From the NCBI GenBank assembly GCA_964016885.1, contig OZ024743.1, positions 133,920,001-133,984,000 of the forward strand: DNA of 64,000 nucleotides, given 5' to 3'. Within the stretch, counting starts at the first letter, position 1. The number at the start of each line of letters is the position of its first letter. The notes under the pieces were generated by a model. The model was not told the DNA's origin. It did not search any database and saw nothing but the letters and a program-made list of their open reading frames with translations. The stretch is from Eledone cirrhosa. Lineage: Eukaryota. Of this stretch, positions 1 through 10,100 are shown piece by piece. Both the position numbers and the translations under genes were made by a program.

Positions 1-2800
1 GTTTGGTCTTTGGTGCTTGGTGTTTGGTGCTTGGTGCTTGGTGTTTGGTGTTTGGTGCTTGGTGCTTGGTGCTTGGTGTTTGGTGCTTGGTGTCTGGTGC
101 TTGGTGTCTGGTGCTTGGTGTTTGGTGTTTGGTGTTTGGTGCTTGGTGTTTGGTGTTTGGTGTTTGGTGTTTGGTGCTTGTTGCTTGGTGCTTGGTGCTT
201 GGTGTTTGGTGCTTGGTGCTTGGTGTTTGGTGCTGGGTGCTTGGTGTTTGGTGCTTGGTGCTTGGTGCTTGGTGTTTGGTGTTTGGTGCTTGGTGCTTGG
301 TGTTTGGTGTTTGGTGTTATATGCTTGGTGTTTGATGCTTGGTGCTTGGTGCTTGGTGTTTGGTGTTTGGTGCTTGGTGTTTTATGCTTGGTGTTTGATG
401 TTTGGTGCTTGGTGCTTGGTGTTTGGTTCTTGGTGCTTGGTGTTTCTACTTGGTGCTTGGTGCTTGGTTCTTGGTGTTTGGTGCTTGGTGCTTGGTGCTT
501 GGTGCTTGGTGTTTGGTGCTTGGTGTTTGGTGCTTGGTGTTTGGTGCTTGGTGCTTGGTGCTTGGTGTTTGGTGCTTGGTGTTTGGTGCTTGGTATTAGG
601 TGTTTGGTGCTTGGTGCTTGGTGTTTGGTGTTTGGTGCTTGGTGTTTGGTGCTTGGTGTTTGGTGTTTGGTGCTTGGTGTTTGGTGCTTGGTACTTGGTG
701 CTTGGTGCTTGGTGTTAGGTGTTTGGTGCTTGGTGCTTGGTGTTTGGTTTTTGGTGCTTGGTGCTTGGTGTTTGGTGTTTGGTGCTTGCTGCTGGCTGCT
801 TGGTGTTTGGTGCTTGGTGATTGGTGCTTGGTGTTTGGTGCTTGGTGTTTGGTGTTTGGTACTAGGTGCTTGGTGCTTGGTGTTTGGTGCTTGGTGCTTG
901 GTGTTTGGTGTTTGGTGATTGGTGCTTGGTGTTTGGTGCTTGGTGCTGGGTTCTGGGTGGTTGGTGTTTGGTGCTTGGTGTTTGGTGCTGGGTGCTTGGT
1001 GTTTGGTGCTTGGTGCTTGGTCTTTGGTGTTTGGTGTTTGGTGTTTGGGGCTTGGTGCTTGGTGCTTGGTGTTTGGTGCTTGGTGCTTGGTGTTTGGTGC
1101 TTGGTGCTTAGTGTTTGGTGCTAGGTGCTTGGGGTTTGGTGTTTGGTGCTTGGTGCTTGGTGTTTGGTGCTTGGTGCTTGGTGTTTGGTGTTTGGTGCTT
1201 GGTGCTTGGTGTTTGGTGTTTCCTGTTTGCTGTTTGGTGTTTGGTGTTTGGTATTTGCTGTTTCGTGTCTGCTTTTTGGTGCTTGGTGCTTGGTGCTTGG
1301 TCTTTGGTGCTTGGTGTTTGGTGTTTGGTGCTTGGTGCTTTGTGTTTGGTGCTTGGTGATTAGTGTTTGGTGCTTGGCACTTGGTGTTTGGTGCTTGGTG
1401 TTTGGTGTTTGCTGTTTGGTGTTTGGTGTTTGCTGTTTGCTGTTTGGTGTCTGCTTTTTGGTGTTTGGTGTTTGCTGTATGGTGTTTGCTGTTTCGTGTT
1501 TGGTGTTTGCTGTTTGGTGTTTGGTGTTTGCTGTTTGGTGTTTGGTCTTTGGTGCTTGGTGTTTGGTGCTTGGTGCTTGGTGTTTGGTGTTTGGTGCTTG
1601 GTGCTTGGTGCTTGGTGTTTGGTGCTTGGTGTCTGGTGCTTGGTGTCTGGTGCTTGGTGTTTGGTGTTTGGTGTTTGGTGCTTGTTGTTTGGTTTTTGGT
1701 GTTTGGTGTTTGGTGCTTGTTGCTTGGTGCTTGGTGCTTGGTGTTTGGTGCTTGGTGCTTGGTGTTTGGTGCTGGGTGCTTGGTGTTTGGTGCTTGGTGC
1801 TTGGTGCTTGGTGTTTGGTGTTTGGTGCTTGGTGCTTGGTGTTTGGTGTTTGGTGTTATATGCTTGGTGTTTGATGCTTGGTGCTTGGTGCTTGGTGTTT
1901 GGTGTTTGGTGCTTGGTGTTTTATGCTTGGTGTTTGATGTTTGGTGCTTGGTGCTTGGTTTTTGGTGCTTGGTGCTTGGTGTTTCTACTTGGTGCTTGGT
2001 GCTTGGTTCTTGGTGTTTGGTGCTTGGTGCTTGGTGCTTGGTGCTTGGTGTTTGGTGCTTGGTGTTTGGTGCTTGGTGTTTGGTGCTTGGTGCCTGGTGC
2101 TTGGTACTTGGTGCTTGGTGTTTGGTGCTTGGTGTTTGGTGCTTGGTATTAGGTGTTTGGTGCTTGGTGCTTGGTGTTTGGTGTTTGGTGCTTGGTGTTT
2201 GGTGCTTGGTGTTTGGTGTTTGGTGCTTGGTGTTTGGTGCTTGGTACTTGGTGCTTGGTGCTTGGTGTTAGGTGTTTGGTGCTTGGTGCTTGGTGTTTGG
2301 TTTTTGGTGCTTGGTGCTTGGTGTTTGGTGTTTGGTGCTTGCTGCTGGCTGCTTGGTGTTTGGTGCTTGGTGATTGGTGCTTGGTGTTTGGTGCTTGGTG
2401 TTTGGTGTTTGGTACTAGGTGCTTGGTGCTTGGTGTTTGGTGCTTGGTGCTTGGTGTTTGGTGTTTGGTGATTGGTGCTTGGTGTTTGGTGCTTGGTGCT
2501 GGGTTCTGGGTGGTTGGTGTTTGGTGCTTGGTGTTTGGTGCTGGGTGCTTGGTGTTTGGTGCTTGGTGCTTGGTCTTTGGTGTTTGGTGTTTGGTGTTTG
2601 GGGCTTGGTGCTTGGTGCTTGGTGTTTGGTGCTTGGTGCTTGGTGTTTGGTGCTTGGTGCTTAGTGTTTGGTGCTAGGTGCTTGGGGTTTGGTGTTTGGT
2701 GCTTGGTGCTTGGTGTTTGGTGCTTGGTGCTTGGTGTTTGGTGTTTGGTACTTGGTGCTTGGTGTTTGGTGTTTCCTGTTTGCTGTTTGGTGTTTGGTGT
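1..2800 (+). repeat. Tandem duplication of about 1.55 kb (1-~1250 recurs at ~1540-2800)
   Basis: The same ordered landmarks recur (GTTATATGC, TTTCTACTT, GTATTAGG, GCTGCTGGCTGC, GTACTAGG, CTGGGTTCTGGG, TTTCCTG). Offsets are 1539 (ORF ends 335/1874), then 1553 (600/2153, 866/2419), i.e. a 14-bp (2-unit) gain in copy 2. Confidence 0.9.
1395..1548 (+). repeat. Representative 'T-only / TTGCTGT' island of 22 units (154 bp); 33 copies in the window, each just downstream of a TGATTAGTG landmark
   Basis: All 22 units end in T, and many carry G4>C (TTGCTGT) plus the fixed variants CTGCTTT, ATGGTGT, TTCGTGT and TTGGTCT. The landmark TAG ends at 1363, 3398, 4622, 5763, 8842, 9953, 11094, 13466, 14563, 15767, 17760, 19946, 21665, 24872, 26597, 28288, 30979, 32516, 34131, 36927, 37466, 39003, 40729, 43503, 44042, 48396, 51177, 52826, 55900, 56843, 58409, 59345 and 62272. 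Confidence 0.92.
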
Positions 2801-4129
2801 TTGGTGTTTGCTGTTTGGTGTCTGCTTTTTGGTGTTTGGTGTTTGCTGTATGTTATTTGCTGTTTGGTGCTTGGTGTTTGGTGTTTGGTGCTTGGTGCTT
2901 GTTGTTTGGTGCTTGGTGCTTGGTGTTTGGTGCCTGGTGCTTGGGGCTTGGTGTTTGGTGTTTGGTGCTTGGTGCTTGGAGTTTGGTGTTTGGTGCTTGG
3001 TGCTTGGTGTTTTGTGTTTGGTGTTTGGTTTTTGGTGCTTGGTGCTTGGTGCTTGGTGCTTGGTCCTTGGTGTTTGGTGCTTGGTGCTTGGTGTTTGTAC
3101 TTGGTGCTTGGTGCTTGGTGTTTGGTTCTTGGTTCTTGGTGTTTGGTTCTTGGTGCTTGGTGCTTGGTGTTTGGTGCTTGGTGCTTGGTGTTTGGTGTTT
3201 GGTGTTTGGTGCTTGGTGCTTGGTGTTTGGTGCTTGGTGCTTGGTGCTGGGTGGTTGGTATTTGGTGCTTGGTGCTTGGTGTTTGGTGCTTGGTGCTTGG
3301 TGCTTGGTGTTTGGTGCTTGGTGCTTGGTGCTTGGTCTTTGGTGCTTGGTGTTTGGTGTTTGGTGCTTGGTGCTTTGTGTTTGGTGCTTGGTGATTAGTG
3401 TTTGGTGCTTGGTACTTGGTGTTTGGTGCTTGGTGTTTGGTGTTTGCTGTTTGGTGTTTGGTGTTTGGTGTTTGCTGTTTGGTGTCTGCTTTTTGGTGTT
3501 TGGTGTTTGCTGTATGGTGTTTGGTGTTTGCTGTTTGGTGTTTGGTCTTTGGTGCTTGGTGTTTGGTGCTTGGTGCTTGGTGTTTGGTGTTTGGTGCTTG
3601 GTGTTTGGTGTTTGGTGCTTGGTGCTTGGTGCTTGGTGTTTGGTGCTTGGTGTCTGGTGCTTGGTGTCTGGTGCTTGGTGTTTGGTGTTTGGTGTTTGGT
3701 GCTTGGTGTTTGGTGTTTGGTGTTTGGTGTTTGGTGCTTGTTGCTTGGTGCTTGGTGCTTGGTGTTTGGTGCTTGGTGCTTGGTGTTTGGTGCTGGGTGC
3801 TTGGTGTTTGGTGCTTGGTGCTTGGTGTTTGGTGTTTGGTGCTTGGTGCTTGGTGTTTGGTGTTTGGTGTTATATGCTTGGTGTTTGGTGCTTGGTGCTT
3901 GGTGTTTGGTGTTTGGTTCTTGATGCTTGGTATTTGGTGCTTGGTGTTTGCTGCTTGGTGTTTGGTGCTTGGTGATTGATGCTTGGTGTTTGGTGCTTGG
4001 TGCTTGGTGTTTGGTTTTTGGTGCTAGGTGCTTGGTGCTTGGTGTTTGGTGCTTGGTGTTTGGTGTTTGGTGCTTGGTGCTTGGTGTTTGGTACTTGGTG
4101 TTTGGTGCTTGGTGTTTGGTGCTTGGTGC

Positions 4130-7100
4130 TTGGTGTTTGGTTCTTGGTTCTTGGTGTTTGGTACTTGGTGCTTGGTGCTTGGTGTTTGGTGCTTGGTGCT
4201 TGGAGTTTGGTGTTTGGTGCTTGGTGCTTGGTGTTTTGTGTCTGGTGTTTGGTTTTTGGTGCTTGGTGCTTGGTGCTTGGTGCTTGGTCCTTGGTGTTTG
4301 GTGCTTGGTGCTTGGTGTTTGTACTTGGTGCTTGGTGCTTGGTGTTTGGTTCTTGGTTCTTGGTGTTTGGTACTTGGTGCTTGGTGCTTGGTGTTTGGTG
4401 CTTGGTGCTTGGTGTTTGGTGTTTGGTGTTTGGTGCTTGGTGCTTGGTGTTTGGTGCTTGGTGCTTGGTGCTGGGTGGTTGGTATTTGGTGCTTGGTGCT
4501 TGGTGTTTGGTGCTTGGTGCTTGGTGCTTAGTGTTTGGTGCTTGGTGCTTGGTGCTTGGTCTTTGGTGCTTGGTGTTTGGTGTTTGGTGCTTGGTGCTTT
4601 GTGTTTGGTGCTTGGTGATTAGTGTTTGGTGCTTGGTACTTGGTGTTTGGTGCTTGGTGTTTGGTGTTTGCTGTTTGGTGTTTGGTGTTTGGTGTTTGCT
4701 GTTTGGTGTCTGCTTTTTGGTGTTTGGTGTTTGCTGTATGGTGTTTGCTGTTTCGTGTTTGGTGTTTGCTGTTTGGTGTTTGGTGTTTGCTGTTTGGTGT
4801 TTGGTCTTTGGTGCTTGGTGTTTGGTGCTTGGTGCTTGGTGCTTGGTGCTTGGTGCTTGGTGTTTGGTGCTTGGTGTCTGGTGCTTGGTGTCTGGTGCTT
4901 GGTGTTTGGTGTTTGGTGTTTGGTGCTTGGTGTTTGGTGTTTGGTGTTTGGTGTTTGGTGCTTGTTGCTTGGTGCTTGGTGCTTGGTGTTTGGTGCTTGG
5001 TGCTTGGTGTCTGGTGCTGGGTGCTTGGTGTTTGGTGCTTGGTGCTTGGTGTTTGGTGTTTGGTGCTTGGTGCTTGGTGTTTGGTGTTTGGTGTTATATG
5101 CTTGGTGTTTGGTGCTTGGTGCTTGGTGTTTGGTGTTTGGTTCTTGATGCTTGGTATTTGGTGCTTGGTGCTTGCTGCTTGGTGTTTGGTGCTTGGTGAT
5201 TGATGCTTGGTGTTTGGTGCTTGGTGCTTGGTGTTTGGTTTTTGGTGCTAGGTGCTTGGTGCTTGGTGTTTGGTGCTTGGTGTTTGGTACTTGGTGCTTG
5301 GTGCTTGGTGTTTGGTGCTTGGTGCTTGGTGTTTGGTGTTTGGTGTTTGGTGCTTGGTGCTTGGTGTTTGGTGCTTGGTGCTGGGTGGTTGGTGTTTGGT
5401 GCTTGGTGCTTGGTGTTTTGTGCTAGGTGCATGGTGCCTGGTGTTTGGTGCTTGGTGCTTGGTGCTTGGTCTTTGGTGTTTGGTGTTTAGTGCTTGGTGC
5501 TTGGTGCTTGGTGCTTGGTGCTTGGTGCTTGGTCCTTGGTGTTTGGTGCTTGGTGCTTGGTGTTTGGTGTTTGGTGCTTGGTGTCTGGAGCTTGGTGTTT
5601 GGTGCTTGGTGCTTGGTGTTTGGTGTTTGGTGCTTGGTGCTTGGTATTTGGTGCTTGGTGCTTGGTGCTTGGTGTTTGGTGCTTGGTGCTTGGTGCTTGG
5701 TCTTTGGTGCCTGGTGTTTGGTGTTTGGTGCTTGGTGCTTTGTGTTTGGTGCTTGGTGATTAGTGTTTGGTGCTTGGTACTTGGTGTTTGGTGCTTGGTG
5801 TTTGGTGTTTGCTGTTTGGTGTTTGGTGTTTGCTGTTTGATGTTTGGTGTCTGCTTTTTGGTGTTTGGTGTTTGCTGTATGGTGTTTGCTGTTTCGTGTT
5901 TGGTGTTTGCTGTTTGGTGTTTGGTGTTTGCTGTTTGGTGTTTGGTCTTTGGTGCTTGGTGTTTGGTGCTTGGTGCTTGGTGTTTGGTGTTTGGTGCTTG
6001 GTGCTTGGTGCTTGGTGTTTGGTGCTTGGTGTCTGGTGCTTGGTGTCTGGTGCCTGGTGTTTGGTGTTTGGTGTTTGGTGCTTGGTGTTTGGTGTTTGGT
6101 GTTTGGTGTTTGGTGCTTGTTGCTTGGTGCTTGGTGCTTGGTGTTTGGTGCTTGGTGCTTGGTGTTTGGTGCTGGGTGCTTGGTGTTTGGTGCTTGTTGC
6201 TTGGTGCTTGGTGTTTGGTGTTTGGTGCTAGGTGCTTGGTGTTTGGTGTTTGGTGTTATATGCTTGGTGTTTGATGCTTGGTGCTTGGTGCTTGGTGTTT
6301 GGTGTTTGGTGCTTGGTGTTTTATGCTTGGTGTTTGATGTTTGGTGCTTGGTGCTTGGTGTGTGGTGCTTGGTGCTTGGTGTTTCTACTTGGTGCTTGGT
6401 GCTTGGTTCTTGGTGTTTGGTGCTTGGTGCTTGGTGCTTGGTGCTTGGTGTTTGGTGCTTGGTGTTTGGTGCTTGGTGTTTGGTGCTTGGTGCCTGGTGC
6501 TTGGTGCTTGGTGCTTGGTGTTTGGTGCTTGGTGTTTGGTGCTTGGTATTAGGTGTTTGGTGCTTGGTGCTTGGTGTTTGGTGTTTGGTGCTTGGTGTTT
6601 GGTGCTTGGTGTTTGGTGTTTGGTGCTTGGTGTTTGGTGCTTTGTACTTGGTGCTTGGTGCTTGGTGTTAGGTGTTTGGTGCTTGGTGCTTGGTGTTTGG
6701 TTTTTGGTGCTTGGTGCTTGGTGTTTGGTGTTTGGTGCTTGCTGCTGGCTGCTTGGTGTTTGGTGCTTGGTGTTTGGTGTTTGGTGCTTGCTGCTGGCTG
6801 CTTGGTGTTTGGTGCTTGGTGATTGGTGCTTGGTGTTTGGTGCTTGGTGTTTGGTGTTTGGTACTAGGTGCTTGGTGCTTGGTGTTTGGTGCTTGGTGCT
6901 TGGTGTTTGGTGTTTGGTGATTGGTGCTTGGTGTTTGGTGCTTGGTGCTGGGTTCTGGGTGGTTGGTGTTTGGTGCTTGGTGTTTGGTGCTGGGTGCTTG
7001 GTGTTTGGTGCTTGGTGCTTGGTCTTTGGTGTTTGGTGTTTGGTGTTTGGGGCTTGGTGCTTGGTGCTTGGTGTTTGGTGCTTGGTGCTTGGTGTTTGGT

Positions 7101-10100
7101 GCTTGGTGCTTAGTGTTTGGTGCTAGGGGCTTGGGGTTTGGTGTTTGGTGCTTGGTGCTTGGCGTTTGGTGCTTGGTGCTTGGTGTTTGGTGTTTGGTGC
7201 TTGGTGCTTGGTGTTTGGTGTTTCCTGTTTGCTGTTTGGTGTTTGGTGTTTGGTGTTTGCTGTTTGGTGTCTGCTTTTTGGTGTTTGGTGTTTGCTGTAT
7301 GTTATTTGCTGTTTGGTGTTTGGTGTTTGGTGTTTGGTGCTTGGTGCTTGGTGTTTGGTGCTTGGTGCTTGGTGTTTGGTGCCTGGTGCTTGGGGCTTGG
7401 TGTTTGGTGTTTGGTGCTTTGTGCTTGGAGTTTGGTGTTTGGTGCTTGGTGCTTGGTGTTTGGTGTTTGGTACTTGATGCTTGGTATTTGGTGCTTGGTG
7501 CTTGCTGCTTGGTGTTTGGTGCTTGGTGATTGATGCTTGGTGTTTGGTGCTTGGTGCTTGGTGTTTGGTTTTTGGTGCTAGGTGCTTGGTGCTTGGTGTT
7601 TGGTGCTTGGTGTTTGGTGTTTGGTGCTTGGTGCTTGGTGTTTGGTACTTGGTGCATGGTGCTTGGTGTTTGGTGCTTGGTGCTTGGTGTTTGGTGTTTG
7701 GTGTTTGGTGCTTGGTGCTTGGTGTTTGGTGCTTGGTGCTGGGTGGTTGGTGTTTGGTGCTTGGTGCTTGGTGTTTTGTGCTAGGTGCATGGTGCCTGGT
7801 GTTTGGTGCTTGGTGCTTGGTGCTTGGTCTTTGGTGTTTGGTGTTTGGTGTTTGGTGCTTGGTGCTTGGTGCTTGGTGTTTGGTGCTTGGTGTCTGGTGC
7901 TTGGTGTCTGGTGCTTGGTGTTTGGTGTTTGGTGTTTGGTGCTTGGTGTTTGGTGTTTGGTGTTTGGTGTTTGGTGCTTGTTGCTTGGTGCTTGGTGCTT
8001 GGTGTTTGGTGCTTGGTGCTTGGTGTTTGGTGCTGGGTGCTTGGTGTTTGGTGCTTGGTGCTTGGTGTTTGGTGTTTGGTGCTTGGTGCTTGGTGTTTGG
8101 TGTTTGGTGTTATATGCTTGGTGTTTGGTGCTTGGTGCTTGGTGTTTGGTGTTTGGTTCTTGATGCTTGGTATTTGGTGCTTGGTGCTTGCTGCTTGGTG
8201 TTTGGTGCTTGGTGATTGATGCTTGGTGTTTGGTGCTTGGTGCTTGGTGTTTGGTTTTTGGTGCTAGGTGCTTGGTGCTTGGTGTTTGGTGCTTGGTGTT
8301 TGGTGTTTGGTGCTTGGTGCTTGGTGTTTGGTACTTGGTGTTTGGTGCTTGGTGTTTGGTGCTTGGTGCTTGGTGTTTGGTGTTTGGTGTTTGGTGCTTG
8401 GTGCTTGGTGTTTGGTGCTTGGTGCTGGGTGGTTGGTGTTTGGTGCTTGGTGCTTGGTGTTTTGTGCTAGGTGCATGGTGCCTGGTGTTTGGTGCTTGGT
8501 GCTTGGTGCTTGGTCTTTGGTGTTTGGTGTTTAGTGCTTGGTGCTTGGTGCTTGGTGCTTGGTGCTTGGTGCTAGGTCCTTGGTGTTTGGTGCTTGGTGC
8601 TTGGTGTTTGGTGTTTGGTGCTTGGTGCTTGGTGCTTCGTGTTTGGTGTTTGGTGCTTGGTGTCTGGAGCTTGGTGTTTGGTGTTTGGTGCTTGGTGTTT
8701 GGTGTTTGGTGCTTGGTGCTTGGTGTTTGGTGCTTGGTGCTTGGTGCTTGGTGTTTGGTGCTTGGTGCTTGGTGCTTGGTCTTTGGTGCTTGGTGTTTGG
8801 TGTTTGGTGCTTGGTGCTTTGTGTTTGGTGCTTGGTGATTAGTGTTTGGTGCTTGGTACTTGGTGTTTGGTGCTTGGTGTTTGGTGTTTGCTGTCTGGTG
8901 TTTGGTGTTTGCTGTTTGCTGTTTGGTGTCTGCTTTTTGGTGTTTGGTGTTTGCTGTATGGTGTTTGCTGTTTCGTGTTTGGTGTTTGCTGTTTGGTGTT
9001 TGGTGTTTGCTGTTTGGTGTTTGGTCTTTGGTGCTTGGTGTTTGGTGCTTGGTGCTTGGTGTTTGGTGTTTGGTGCTTGGTGCTTGGTGCTTGGTGTTTG
9101 GTGCTTGGTGTCTGGTGCTTGGTGTCTGGTGCTTGGTGTTTGGTGTTTGGTGTTTGGTGCTTGGTGTTTGGTGTTTGGTGTTTGGTGTTTGGTGCTTGTT
9201 GCTTGGTGCTTGGTGCTTGGTGTTTGGTGCTTGGTGCTTGGTGTTTGGTGCTGGGTGCTTGGTGTTTGGTGCTTGGTGCTTGGTGCTTGGTGTTTGGTGT
9301 TTGGTGCTTGGTGCTTGGTGTTTGGTGTTTGGTGTTATATGCTTGGTGTTTGATGGTTGGTGCTTGGTGCTTGGTGTTTGGTGTTTGGTGCTTGGTGTTT
9401 TATGCTTGGTGTTTGATGTTTGGTGCTTGGTGCTTGGTGTTTCTACTTGGTGCTTGGTGCTTGGTGTTTGGTTCTTGGTTCTTGGTGTTTGGTACTTGGT
9501 GCTTGGTGCTTGGTGTTTGGTGCTTGGTGCTTGGAGTTTGGTGTTTGGTGCTTGGTGCTTGGTGTTTTGTGTCTGGTGTTTGGTTTTTGGTGCTTGGTGC
9601 TTGGTGCTTGGTGCTTGGTCCTTGGTGTTTGGTGCTTGGTGCTTGGTGTTTGTACTTGGTGCTTGGTGCTTGGTGTTTGGTTCTTGGTTCTTGGTGTTTG
9701 GTACTTGGTGCTTGGTGCTTGGTGTTTGGTGCTTGGCGCTTGGTGTTTGGTGTTTGGTGTTTGGTGCTTGGTGCTTGGTGTTTGGTGCTTGGTGCTTGGT
9801 GCTGGGTGGTTGGTATTTGGTGCTTGGTGCTTGGTGTTTGGTGCTTGGTGCTTGGTGCTTAGTGTTTGGTGCTTGGTGCTTGGTGCTTGGTCTTTGGTGC
9901 TTGGTGTTTGGTGTTTGGTGCTTGGTGCTTTGTGTTTGGTGCTTGGTGATTAGTGTTTGGTGCTTGGTACTTGGTGTTTGGTGCTTGGTGTTTGGTGTTT
10001 GCTGTTTGGTGTTTGGTGTTTGGTGTTTGCTGTTTGGTGTCTGCTTTTTGGTGTTTGGTGTTTGCTGTATGGTGTTTGCTGTTTCGTGTTTGGTGTTTGC

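Noticed and set aside
315-325. TATA-like GTTATATGC as a promoter element
   Set aside because: It is a multiply substituted heptamer copied more than 20 times with the array, with no downstream gene or other promoter context.
3246-3256. Chi-like GCTGGGTGG, and TCTGGGTG resembling a budding-yeast telomere unit (~952)
   Set aside because: E. coli Chi is GCTGGTGG and this motif has an extra G. Both motifs are isolated chance products of substitutions in a GT-rich repeat and are never tandem.
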